Shown piece after piece: positions 8,363 through 16,871 of a stretch of DNA of 64,000 nt (position 1 is the first letter of the stretch; every line of letters starts with the position of its first letter). The stretch covers positions 134,720-198,719 of the forward strand of contig CACBGD010000001.1 in NCBI GenBank assembly GCA_902538705.1. Reading direction: 5' to 3'. A program made the position numbers and the translations under genes. This DNA comes from an uncultured SAR86 cluster bacterium (lineage in GTDB: Bacteria; Pseudomonadota; Gammaproteobacteria; Magnimaribacterales; D2472). Under the pieces are notes generated by a model. The model was given only the letters and a program-made list of their open reading frames with translations. It had not been told where the DNA came from and did not search any database.

Positions 8363-9658
8363 ATGAAGATTTACGAGGAAAGAAGACTAAAATTAACAGA
8401 AAATCTCAGTGGAGATATTGCTGTAATTATTCCTGGATCAGTTTTAGCCAATAGAAGTAACGATACTGCTTATCCATTTAGGCAGGATAGTAATTTTTAC
8501 TATTTAAGTGGATTTAATGAACCAGACTCAACATTGATGATTATTAACAAATCTGGAAAGACTAACTCTATAGGATTTGTTCCCAAAAAAGACAAACTAA
8601 AAGAAATTTGGGACGGCTTTAGGCATGGCCCTGAGGGCATGAAATCAGATTTCGGTTTTAATGATGCATTTAATAATGATGAGATAGACGAGCTTTTACC
8701 AGACTTATTGGATGGTGTGAGCTGTGTATATTATCCATTTGGTAAGGTTGAGGGCTTTGATCAAAAGGTAATTAAGTGGACTAAAAAAGCTAATAGCAAA
8801 GATCGCCACTCAAAAAAAATGGAGATTGCAGATATCTCAAAAATTATTGGCAATAAAAGACTTATAAAAGATAGCTCCGAGATAAATATTATTGAAAAAG
8901 CATGCGCAATCTCTGCAAATGCTCACTTGGAAGCAATGAAGTTCGTTAAACCTGGCATGAATGAAGCTGAAGTTGAAGCTTTTTACCTATACGAGTTTGC
9001 TAAAAATGGTGGAAGATTTCCAGCCTATAATCCAATAGTTGCATCAGGAGAAAACGCATGTGTTTTACATTATGTTGAAAACAATCAAGTAATCAATGAT
9101 GGTGATTTGCTCCTTGTTGATGCAGGCTGCGAATATGAGATGTATGCTTCCGATATAACAAGAACATTCCCAGCAAATGGCAAGTTTAGTGATGAACAGC
9201 TTCAGATTTATAATATTGTGCTTGAAGCACAAAAAGCATCAGTTAATGCTGTCAGCAAGGGTAATGGAGTTATGGACCCTCAAACAATATCTGAGAAAGT
9301 TATAACTGAGGGATTAATAGACCTTGGGATAATCAAAGGGAATCTTGAAGAAGAGCATGAAAAAGGATCATTTAAAGATTTTTATATGCATAAAATTGGT
9401 CACTGGATGGGAATGGATGTACATGACGTAGGTGATTATATGCACGAAGGAGAATTCATTAAGTTTGATGAAGGCATGATTACAACAATTGAGCCAGGTA
9501 TTTACATAAGTTCCACTTCAGACGTTGATGATAAGTGGAAGGGTATAGGTATTAGAATCGAAGATGATGTTTTGGTTACTAAAGATGGCAATAAAAATTT
9601 AACTGACACCGTTCCAACCGATCCTGCTGAAATCGAATCCTTGATGCAAGAATCTTAA
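8363..9658 (+). CDS. pepP: Xaa-Pro aminopeptidase
   Basis: 431 aa. M24B metal-ligand blocks DAGCEYEMYASDITRTFP, HKIGHWMGMDVHD, EPGIY and IRIEDDVLVT. Shows pepP-ubiH synteny. Confidence 0.9.
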   Translation: MKIYEERRLKLTENLSGDIAVIIPGSVLANRSNDTAYPFRQDSNFYYLSGFNEPDSTLMIINKSGKTNSIGFVPKKDKLKEIWDGFRHGPEGMKSDFGFNDAFNNDEIDELLPDLLDGVSCVYYPFGKVEGFDQKVIKWTKKANSKDRHSKKMEIADISKIIGNKRLIKDSSEINIIEKACAISANAHLEAMKFVKPGMNEAEVEAFYLYEFAKNGGRFPAYNPIVASGENACVLHYVENNQVINDGDLLLVDAGCEYEMYASDITRTFPANGKFSDEQLQIYNIVLEAQKASVNAVSKGNGVMDPQTISEKVITEGLIDLGIIKGNLEEEHEKGSFKDFYMHKIGHWMGMDVHDVGDYMHEGEFIKFDEGMITTIEPGIYISSTSDVDDKWKGIGIRIEDDVLVTKDGNKNLTDTVPTDPAEIESLMQES

Positions 9659-10785
9659 TGCAACAACCAATTGTAATATCTGGAGCTGGGATCCTAGGGT
9701 GTTATATTTCTTGTGCCTTAAGCCTTCAAGGCATCGACTCTATAGTATTGGAAAAAAAAGATGACGAGGTTGAAGATTCTGTTAGGACTATCACATTAAA
9801 TCCATTCTCAAAAAATCTTTTAGATAAGATAGGCATTGAAAATGATTACTCGATGATCAATAAAATGGAAGTCAAAGACTTTGATGGTACTGGGAAAATA
9901 GTTTTTAAAAGTAGTGAGATAGGGATGGATCATCTCGCCTATGTATCAGATTTTGCCACTCTTTTAATGGCTATCCGAAAAAAAGCAAGTGAAAAAATCC
10001 TATATAAAGAGGAAATTATTAATATTAATAATAAAGGTGATCTTAATGAAGTAACTTTATCGAGTGGAAAGGTCATTAAAACAAATCTTATAATTTCTTC
10101 AGACGGTAAAAACTCGAAGCTAGCAAATAAAATTCCTAAATCAGATAAGGATTACTTTCAAACAGCTTTAACTTTCTTAGCTTCTGCTGAAAAAGATATG
10201 GACATGAGCGCTTTTCAGATTTTCTCAGACAATGGTATTTGTGCTTTTATGCCAACAAGAAAAAAAGGAGAGGATCTCGTTACCGTTGTTTGGTCAATAT
10301 CAGATGATCTTATTGAGAACGGACATGAAGAATTTATTGAGGAAAATCTAGAAAACATCTCTAGAAAAATAGGTAATAGTTTTCAAATAAGGTCAAAAGT
10401 CCAAAGCTTTAAACTATCATCACATAATAGATCGAGTTATATAGATTTTCCGGTTGTACTAGTTGGTGATTCTGCTCATTCCATCCATCCCCTTGCGGGT
10501 CAAGGAATAAACCTTGGATTTGAGGATGCAAACTCCTTAGTTAAGAAGATTATAAAAACTAATGATTCAGATACTATAAACTTTAAGGAAAGTTTGAATA
10601 CCTACTCAAACGAAAGAAGACTACAGAATGAAATTATGCTTAAAACAATGGATGGATTTGTAGCATTATTTAATGAAAGAAATCCATATATAAGGTTTTT
10701 AAGAAATTTTGGATTAAATGCTTTTAATCAGTCTAAATTTCTAAAATCTTTCTTTGTTAAAGCAGCTTCTGGCCCAATAAAGTAA
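9658..10785 (+). CDS. ubiH: UbiH/UbiF/VisC/COQ6-family FAD-dependent ubiquinone hydroxylase
   Basis: 375 aa. Contains GAGILGCY dinucleotide fold and GDSAHSIHPLAGQGINLGFEDA motif. TAATG overlap with pepP. Confidence 0.8.
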   Translation: MQQPIVISGAGILGCYISCALSLQGIDSIVLEKKDDEVEDSVRTITLNPFSKNLLDKIGIENDYSMINKMEVKDFDGTGKIVFKSSEIGMDHLAYVSDFATLLMAIRKKASEKILYKEEIININNKGDLNEVTLSSGKVIKTNLIISSDGKNSKLANKIPKSDKDYFQTALTFLASAEKDMDMSAFQIFSDNGICAFMPTRKKGEDLVTVVWSISDDLIENGHEEFIEENLENISRKIGNSFQIRSKVQSFKLSSHNRSSYIDFPVVLVGDSAHSIHPLAGQGINLGFEDANSLVKKIIKTNDSDTINFKESLNTYSNERRLQNEIMLKTMDGFVALFNERNPYIRFLRNFGLNAFNQSKFLKSFFVKAASGPIK

Positions 10786-10801
10786 TATACCATTCTTATT
10801 T

Positions 10802-10822
10802 AAATGATAATCATTATCATTT
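10802..10822. promoter_or_regulatory. Fur box
   Basis: AAATGATAATCATTATCATTT is a perfect 10+1+10 palindrome. It contains AATGATAATCATTATC, 16 consecutive positions of the GATAATGATAATCATTATC consensus. It ends 11 nt before the ATG of the Fe3+-binding protein gene. Confidence 0.85.
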
Positions 10823-10833
10823 AGAATGGGTGC

Positions 10834-11832
10834 ATGAAAAATTATATTCTAGCTTTAACAATATTCTTATCTTCATGCTCTTTTGAGCAAGCAAATGATG
10901 AAGAGGTTGTTATTTATACTTCTCGTCAGCCACAGCTCATAGAAAATCTCTTAAACGTTTTTACTGAAGAAACAGGAATCCAGGTAACTGTTTTATCAGG
11001 AGATGCACAGCAGTTAATGGAAAGGATTGCAGTAGAAGGAGTAGATACAGATGCAGATATATTTATGACCGTGGATGCAGGAGTCTTGTGGCAAGCTGCA
11101 GATAAAGGAATATTCGATCCCGTTGAATCAGAAGTGCTTTCTTCAAGAATACCTCAACATTTGAGAGATATCGATAATCAATGGTTTGGCTTCTCTAAAA
11201 GAGCAAGAACAATAGTTTATTCAAAGACAGATATAGACCCACAAGATTTAAGCTCTTACGAATCGCTAGCTAAAAGGGAGCTTAAAGGTAAACTCTGCTT
11301 AAGAACTTCAAAAAAAGTTTATAACAGATCATTAATTGCAAGCATGATTGAAGCAAATGGATCTGAAAGAACTGAAAGGGTAGTAAAAGGCTGGGTTAAT
11401 AATCTGGCTGAACCAGTTTTTTCTAGCGATACCAGTGTTCTAAAAGCAGTTGAGGCTGGAAATTGCAGCCTAACTGTTGTGAACACCTATTATCTTGCAA
11501 GGCTCATTGAAAGCAATTCAGTAGAAAATCTTGGAATTTTTTGGGCCAATCAAGAAGATAGAGGAGTGCATGTGAACATCTCAGGAGCAGGTCTTGTCAA
11601 ATGGTCTAACAACAAGAGTTCTTCAATTAAATTGCTTGAATGGCTGTCATCAGATACAGCTCAGGAGATGTATGCTAAAGCAAATAAAGAATATCCAACT
11701 GTTGATGGAATTCCTCTTCATCCTGTAATAGAGGCCTGGGGTGATTTTAAGGAGGATCTTATTCAGGTTGATAAGCTTGGATCAATGCAAAGTGATGCAG
11801 TCTTTATTGCGCAAACAGCAGGATATAATTAA
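10834..11832 (+). CDS. Fe(3+) ABC transporter periplasmic substrate-binding protein (FbpA/AfuA/IdiA family), lipoprotein
   Basis: 332 aa with lipobox LSSC. The overall pattern VVIYTSRQPQLIENLLNVFTEETGIQV... is typical of ferric-binding proteins. Fur box immediately upstream. Confidence 0.8.
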   Translation: MKNYILALTIFLSSCSFEQANDEEVVIYTSRQPQLIENLLNVFTEETGIQVTVLSGDAQQLMERIAVEGVDTDADIFMTVDAGVLWQAADKGIFDPVESEVLSSRIPQHLRDIDNQWFGFSKRARTIVYSKTDIDPQDLSSYESLAKRELKGKLCLRTSKKVYNRSLIASMIEANGSERTERVVKGWVNNLAEPVFSSDTSVLKAVEAGNCSLTVVNTYYLARLIESNSVENLGIFWANQEDRGVHVNISGAGLVKWSNNKSSSIKLLEWLSSDTAQEMYAKANKEYPTVDGIPLHPVIEAWGDFKEDLIQVDKLGSMQSDAVFIAQTAGYN

Positions 11833-11833
11833 T

Positions 11834-12070
11834 TTAGACTTTAATACCGCGAGATCTAACATCTTTTAAGACCTCTTCGATACCTTTTTTATCAATAACT
11901 CTCATGCCCTTTGCAGATACTTTGAGAGTAACAAAACGATTTTCAGATTCCACCCAAAATTTGTGACTATGAAGATTCGGCAAAAACTTTCGTTTTACTC
12001 TATTTTTTGCGTGTGAAACATGGTTCCCAGCTTGTGGTGACTTACCAGTTACTTGACAAACTTTGCTCAT
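11834..12070 (-). CDS. rpmB: 50S ribosomal protein L28
   Basis: 78 aa: [33 protein letters not shown]... ATGA overlap with the L31 gene. Confidence 0.95.
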   Translation of the reverse strand: MSKVCQVTGKSPQAGNHVSHAKNRVKRKFLPNLHSHKFWVESENRFVTLKVSAKGMRVIDKKGIEEVLKDVRSRGIKV

Positions 12071-12315
12071 GACTTTTTACCAAACCTTTTTTCAAATTTC
12101 TGGACTCTTCCACCAGTATCAAGAATCTTTTGTTTTCCAGTATAAAAGGGATGCGAAGCCGAAGATACATCTAAAGGATAATATGGATAAGTTTTTCCAT
12201 CTTCCCATTCTTTAGTTTTATCGGTTTTTAGGGTTGAGCTAATCAAAAAGTACTCATCCACACTAATATCATGGAAAAGAACCTCACGGTATTCAGGATG
12301 TATGCCTTTTTTCAT
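12067..12315 (-). CDS. rpmE2: 50S ribosomal protein L31, type B (no zinc-ribbon cysteines)
   Basis: 82 aa: [12 protein letters not shown]...[25 protein letters not shown]. Contains no Cys at all, so it is the Zn-independent paralogue type. Confidence 0.9.
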   Translation of the reverse strand: MKKGIHPEYREVLFHDISVDEYFLISSTLKTDKTKEWEDGKTYPYYPLDVSSASHPFYTGKQKILDTGGRVQKFEKRFGKKS

Positions 12316-12350
12316 AAATAAACCAAATTAGGGTGTATACCCTTTTTCAT
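12312..12350 (-). promoter_or_regulatory. 12-codon upstream ORF ([12 protein letters not shown]) in the rpmE2-rpmB leader; its TGA overlaps the rpmE2 ATG (ATGA)
   Basis: Minus strand reads ATGAAAAAGGGTATACACCCTAATTTGGTTTATTTATGA. The first 21 nt match the rpmE2 start ATGAAAAAAGGCATACATCCT at 18/21 positions, and all 3 differences are synonymous third positions. Contains hairpin AGGGU-AUAC-ACCCU. Confidence 0.45.
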
Positions 12351-12375
12351 AATAAAATCTTAATTTAGGCTGAGA

Positions 12376-12403
12376 ACTATACCAAATAAGGAAATCTTTA
12401 CAA
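12376..12403 (-). promoter_or_regulatory. Candidate sigma70 promoter of the uORF-rpmE2-rpmB operon
   Basis: Minus strand TTGTAA (12403-12398), 16-nt spacer, TATAGT (12381-12376). This would place the transcription start about 20-25 nt upstream of the uORF ATG. Confidence 0.5.
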
Positions 12404-12409
12404 TAAATT

Positions 12410-14377
12410 ATGGAAAAATTTTATTATTCAGTTTCAATCCCAGTTCCCATTAGGAAAGATTTCACATATTTCAGTTACGAAAAGATCAAAGCTGGATCAA
12501 GAGTAAAAGTTATATTTAATAAAAGGCAGCTTGTCGGAGTGGTTAACAAAAAAACAAAAAAACCAAACTTTAAAACTACAGAAATAAAAAAACTACTAGA
12601 CGAGTGCCCAACCTTCAATAACTTATCATTAAAAACTCTAAACTGGATTTCAGATTTTTATATCCATTCTCAGGGCGAAGTTTTCTCTAATTTTTTACCA
12701 CCCAAATTAAGAAAAGACTTTTATTTTAAGAACCCCGAAACAAAATTTAATGAATATGAGGTTGATAGTCGTGATAAAAGTTTTACTCTTACACCCCATC
12801 AAAAGAAAGCATTCAAATTTTTAAATAAATTAAATGGTTTTGATCCTTGCTTATTTCATGGAGTCACAAGCTCTGGAAAAACTGAAGTCTACATGAGGCT
12901 TGTTGAGGAGATTCTAAAAAAAGGTGAATCATGCTTATTATTAGTTCCTGAGATTAGTTTGACACCTCAGTTGGAGGAGAGATTCAAAAAAAGGTTTGGA
13001 AAGAATATTGGTACATATCATTCCAGAAAAACCTCTAAAGAAAGATATGAAATATGGAGAAAATCTAAGTCTGGAGAACTAAGAGTTTTAATAGGAACAC
13101 GATCTTCACTTTTTGTTCCTCTTCAGAAACTCTCATTAATAATCATTGATGAGGAGCATGACGCATCTTTTAAACAACAAGAGGGACTAAAGTTCTCTGC
13201 TAGAGATGTTGCAATCAAAATGGCCCAAGATAGAAAAATTCCAGTTATAGCTGCTTCTGCTACACCTTCTCTAAAGATGTTGAATTTGGTCAGCCAGGGT
13301 AAGTATAAATTTATTTCTATACCAAAAAGAATTAATGACAAAAATCCTCCAAAATTTTTAGTCTTAGACTCTCATTTTATGGATAGGAAGTCAGGAATAG
13401 ATGATAATCTTCTCCCTCTCATTGATAAAACAATATCTCAGAATAAAAAAGTTTTAATTTTTATAAATCGCCGAGGATATTCTCCATTATTTAAATGTGG
13501 AGATTGCAACTGGGAGGCCAAATGTAACTCATGTAATGCACGTCTTGTTTATCATAAAGATACAAATAGGCTTAGGTGTCATAGGTGTGATACTTCATAT
13601 GGAGTTCCAAACAATTGTCCCGAATGTGATAGCACAAAATTAACTTCTCCAGGAGTAGGGACGCAAAAAATAGAATCCTTTCTTGATGAACAGTTCCCTG
13701 ACGTACCAATAATAAGACTTGATCTTGATTCAACAAGAAAAAAAGGATCCTTAGAAAAGTTATTAATGAAAATAAAGAGTACAAAAAAAGCATTCCTTGT
13801 AGGGACGCAGATGATTGCAAAAGGACATGACTTTTCTGATGTTGAAGTTGGCATCATTATCGATGCAGATCTAGGACTTCTAAGTCATGAATTAAATGCA
13901 ATCGAAAAACTTTCACAACTTTTAATTCAAGTGACAGGTAGAGTGGGCAGGTCAGGTAAATCTAAAATTATTGTCCAATCTAATCAAGTAGATAACGAAT
14001 ACTTAAATAAACTAAGCAGTGGAGATTATCTCAGTTTTTCTCAGTCACTTCTAAGAGAATATGAGGCCTCAAATCTTCCACCTTTTTCTTCAATGGCAAT
14101 ACTGCGAGCTTCATCTCCAAAAAAATCCAATAATATAAATTTTCTTAACAAAGCAAGAAAATATTTAGAAGAAAATACAAATTGTGAGTGTATTGGCCCA
14201 CTCCCGGATATAGTTTCAAAAATTAGAGGAAATTTTAGACACTCTCTTTTATTAAAGGCGCAAACAATGCCAACGCTTCATAAGAATACCCAAAATTTAG
14301 TAGAACGACACATTGATAAACAAAAAAGACTTGATGTTCGATGGTCGGTTGATTTAAATCCTATAGATTATCAGTAG
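12410..14377 (+). CDS. priA: Primosomal protein N' (replication restart helicase)
   Basis: 655 aa. Walker A GVTSSGKT, DEEHD box and Cys-rich zinc-binding insert CGDCNWEAKCNSCNARLVYH...CHRCD...CPECDS. Divergent from rpmE as in E. coli. Confidence 0.95.
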   Translation: MEKFYYSVSIPVPIRKDFTYFSYEKIKAGSRVKVIFNKRQLVGVVNKKTKKPNFKTTEIKKLLDECPTFNNLSLKTLNWISDFYIHSQGEVFSNFLPPKLRKDFYFKNPETKFNEYEVDSRDKSFTLTPHQKKAFKFLNKLNGFDPCLFHGVTSSGKTEVYMRLVEEILKKGESCLLLVPEISLTPQLEERFKKRFGKNIGTYHSRKTSKERYEIWRKSKSGELRVLIGTRSSLFVPLQKLSLIIIDEEHDASFKQQEGLKFSARDVAIKMAQDRKIPVIAASATPSLKMLNLVSQGKYKFISIPKRINDKNPPKFLVLDSHFMDRKSGIDDNLLPLIDKTISQNKKVLIFINRRGYSPLFKCGDCNWEAKCNSCNARLVYHKDTNRLRCHRCDTSYGVPNNCPECDSTKLTSPGVGTQKIESFLDEQFPDVPIIRLDLDSTRKKGSLEKLLMKIKSTKKAFLVGTQMIAKGHDFSDVEVGIIIDADLGLLSHELNAIEKLSQLLIQVTGRVGRSGKSKIIVQSNQVDNEYLNKLSSGDYLSFSQSLLREYEASNLPPFSSMAILRASSPKKSNNINFLNKARKYLEENTNCECIGPLPDIVSKIRGNFRHSLLLKAQTMPTLHKNTQNLVERHIDKQKRLDVRWSVDLNPIDYQ

Positions 14378-15623
14378 TTAATATTTTTATTTTTATTCTT
14401 TGGCCTGGGAAGATTGCTTCATCCCTTATTAAATTAGTATTTATTATATCCATAACAGGAACTCCAAAACGAATGGCTATTTCAGATAATATGTCACCTT
14501 TTTGAACTGTATAAGTTAGATACCCTTTAGAATCAAAAATATAGAAATCATCTTCATTGTTTTCCATAAAATAATTGTTAATTCCCAAGAATAGAGATCT
14601 TGCAATCATTCTTCTACCTGGTTTCCCTTTGAGCCTTTTTGCATCTTCTGGGTTAGATATAAATCCTGACTCAATTAATACTGAGGGCGTATCAACAGAC
14701 TTAAGGACTCTAAAGTCTGCAAATTCAATCCTTTTTTTATGAAGGTGAGTATAAGGATCAAGCTTGAGCTGATCTAATATCTTTTCTCCCAGTTGAAGAC
14801 TTTTATTTTTTTTATTTTGGTAGATTTTAGGATATTTCGATCTTGCCAAGTCTTCGTCAAAATCAAATTCATCCACCCGAGTAGAGCTTATTCTTTTAGA
14901 AGAAAGATTTTTTGCGGAATTGCTTGATGCATCTTCAGACCAAACATAAATTGCTGCACCCTTCACAGATGGAAGACTAAAAGCATCTGCATGAATTGAG
15001 ACGAAGATATCTCCACTATTTTGCCTTATTGCCTGATACCTTTGATCTAAATAAACAAATGAATCATCCTCCCTTACTAGTATTGGCTTATATCCATCAG
15101 TATCCTCAAGGGTTCGAAATAATTCATTAGCAATTAAGAATGTTATATCCTTTTCCATAACATTATTTGATTTTGCAACTGCACCAGGGTCTCTTCCACC
15201 GTGACCAGCGTCAATGATAACAAGAGCTTCCCTAGTCATTTTTTTAATTTTTGCACTATGTTCCAAAGATAATGAAACAGTAATTCCATTCTCATTTTTT
15301 AGCTGTTGCGGCTTTTGCCACATGACAGGTTCATAGAAGAATATTTCAATTATTGAATTACCTTCAGACATGGTCGATTTAATATTTTTTATTGGGTAGT
15401 TCTGCTTTAAATTAAAATTTTCTTTTAATGAAGTTTCTTTAAACTCAAGAGAAATACTGAATGGAGAATTTGAAGATTGAGAAAGTATAAGAGCAGTTTT
15501 TTCCAGTGAAAACTCAAGATTATAAACCTTATTTTGTTCATTAATTCCAACAAAATCTAATTGGTTAGAAAACACCATTTGGTGAAGAGAAAAAATTAAG
15601 ACCGCAATTATATTTTTTTTCAT
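14361..15623 (-). CDS. amiB: N-acetylmuramoyl-L-alanine amidase (Amidase_3) with C-terminal LysM
   Basis: 420 aa. Contains IIDAGHGGRDPGA and SIHADA motifs plus C-terminal LysM YTVQKGDILSEIAIRFGV. Shows nnrD-tsaE-amiB synteny. Confidence 0.85.
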   Translation of the reverse strand: MKKNIIAVLIFSLHQMVFSNQLDFVGINEQNKVYNLEFSLEKTALILSQSSNSPFSISLEFKETSLKENFNLKQNYPIKNIKSTMSEGNSIIEIFFYEPVMWQKPQQLKNENGITVSLSLEHSAKIKKMTREALVIIDAGHGGRDPGAVAKSNNVMEKDITFLIANELFRTLEDTDGYKPILVREDDSFVYLDQRYQAIRQNSGDIFVSIHADAFSLPSVKGAAIYVWSEDASSNSAKNLSSKRISSTRVDEFDFDEDLARSKYPKIYQNKKNKSLQLGEKILDQLKLDPYTHLHKKRIEFADFRVLKSVDTPSVLIESGFISNPEDAKRLKGKPGRRMIARSLFLGINNYFMENNEDDFYIFDSKGYLTYTVQKGDILSEIAIRFGVPVMDIINTNLIRDEAIFPGQRIKIKILTTDNL

Positions 15624-16054
15624 TTTTTTATTAATTTGTTTTCTAGAAGAGCTTCTCTTCCTTCATTTTTATAGCTCAGGCTAACTTTTAGATCAAAACT
15701 TCTTGAGTCAGCAATGATTTCTGGCCATTCAATAATAATAATTTTAGACTTTTCTGATGGTCTATCAAGATCTAAAATTTGTATCTCAGAAATATCACTA
15801 AGCCTATACAAATCAACATGTAAAAACAAAATATCCTCAGTTTCATATTCGTCACATAAGGTATAAGTTGGACTCTTCACAATCCCTTGCCAGCCTAAGG
15901 AATTTAAAATTGATTTAGTAAGAAATGTTTTGCCGGCTCCAAGCTCTCCGAATAAATGAACTTCAATAACATCATTAGATGAATCTGAAATAAGTCCTGC
16001 AATCTTTACTCCAAGATCACCAGTTGCATCTGGATCTTTAAGAAAGATTTTCAC
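15620..16054 (-). CDS. tsaE: tRNA t6A37 biosynthesis ATPase TsaE (YjeE)
   Basis: 144 aa. P-loop GELGAGKTF, SPTY motif and HVDLYRL motif. Confidence 0.9.
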   Translation of the reverse strand: MKIFLKDPDATGDLGVKIAGLISDSSNDVIEVHLFGELGAGKTFLTKSILNSLGWQGIVKSPTYTLCDEYETEDILFLHVDLYRLSDISEIQILDLDRPSEKSKIIIIEWPEIIADSRSFDLKVSLSYKNEGREALLENKLIKK

Positions 16055-16869
16055 AACATTTCCTTATTAATAATCTTAATTAAATTAGTTGCAGTCAACC
16101 CTCTTATTCTTTTTTTTGAAAATCTATCTCCAGCTGCTCCATGAATAGCAACGGAGAATTTAGCTGCATCTTTCTTACTAAGACCTTGTGCCAAAAAAGA
16201 TCCTATTAGGCCAGCAAGAACATCTCCAGTCCCAGCAGTTGAAAGAGCAGGACCTCCGTCAGTGCAACGATATGCATCGCCATCAAACACTATAGTTTGA
16301 AAACCTTTTAAGATAGTTAAACAGTTGTATTTCTTATAAAGCTTTTTTGCAGCCTCTAATCTATCTGTTTGTACTTCATCAACTGAACAATTCAGCAGCA
16401 TCGCAGCCTCTCCGGGATGTGGCGTGATAATTGCATTCCAAGGACAGCCAAACTCTTTCATGTAATAAAGCCCTCCGGCATCAATAGTAATATTAATATC
16501 TTCATTTTTATTAGCATTACTAAGAAAAAGTTCACAAAGCTGTTCAGACCATACTGATTCCTTTAAGCCAGGACCAATTAAGAGATTTTTATGATCTTTC
16601 AAAAAGTTCTCTGCATCTTGACGACCATCAACACCTAAAGCCATGACCTCAGGATTTCTCGATAAAGAAGATTGAATATGCTCTTTTTTTGTAATTAGAG
16701 TAACAAGACCACAGCCCGACATGATGGCAGCTTCAGATGCAATTATGCCAGCACCACCATAACCGGTATCACCACCCGCTATCAAAAGATGGCCGAAGCT
16801 TCCTTTATGAGTATCTAAAACTCCTTGAACTAAGGAGACATCTAAATTGTCAAAGCAAAAATCTTGCAT
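16051..16869 (-). CDS. nnrD: ADP-dependent NAD(P)H-hydrate dehydratase (YjeF C-terminal domain only)
   Basis: 272 aa. Contains KGSFGHLLIAGG, ITPHPGEAA and GTGDVLAG motifs. No N-terminal epimerase domain. Confidence 0.85.
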   Translation of the reverse strand: MQDFCFDNLDVSLVQGVLDTHKGSFGHLLIAGGDTGYGGAGIIASEAAIMSGCGLVTLITKKEHIQSSLSRNPEVMALGVDGRQDAENFLKDHKNLLIGPGLKESVWSEQLCELFLSNANKNEDINITIDAGGLYYMKEFGCPWNAIITPHPGEAAMLLNCSVDEVQTDRLEAAKKLYKKYNCLTILKGFQTIVFDGDAYRCTDGGPALSTAGTGDVLAGLIGSFLAQGLSKKDAAKFSVAIHGAAGDRFSKKRIRGLTATNLIKIINKEML

Positions 16870-16871
16870 AA

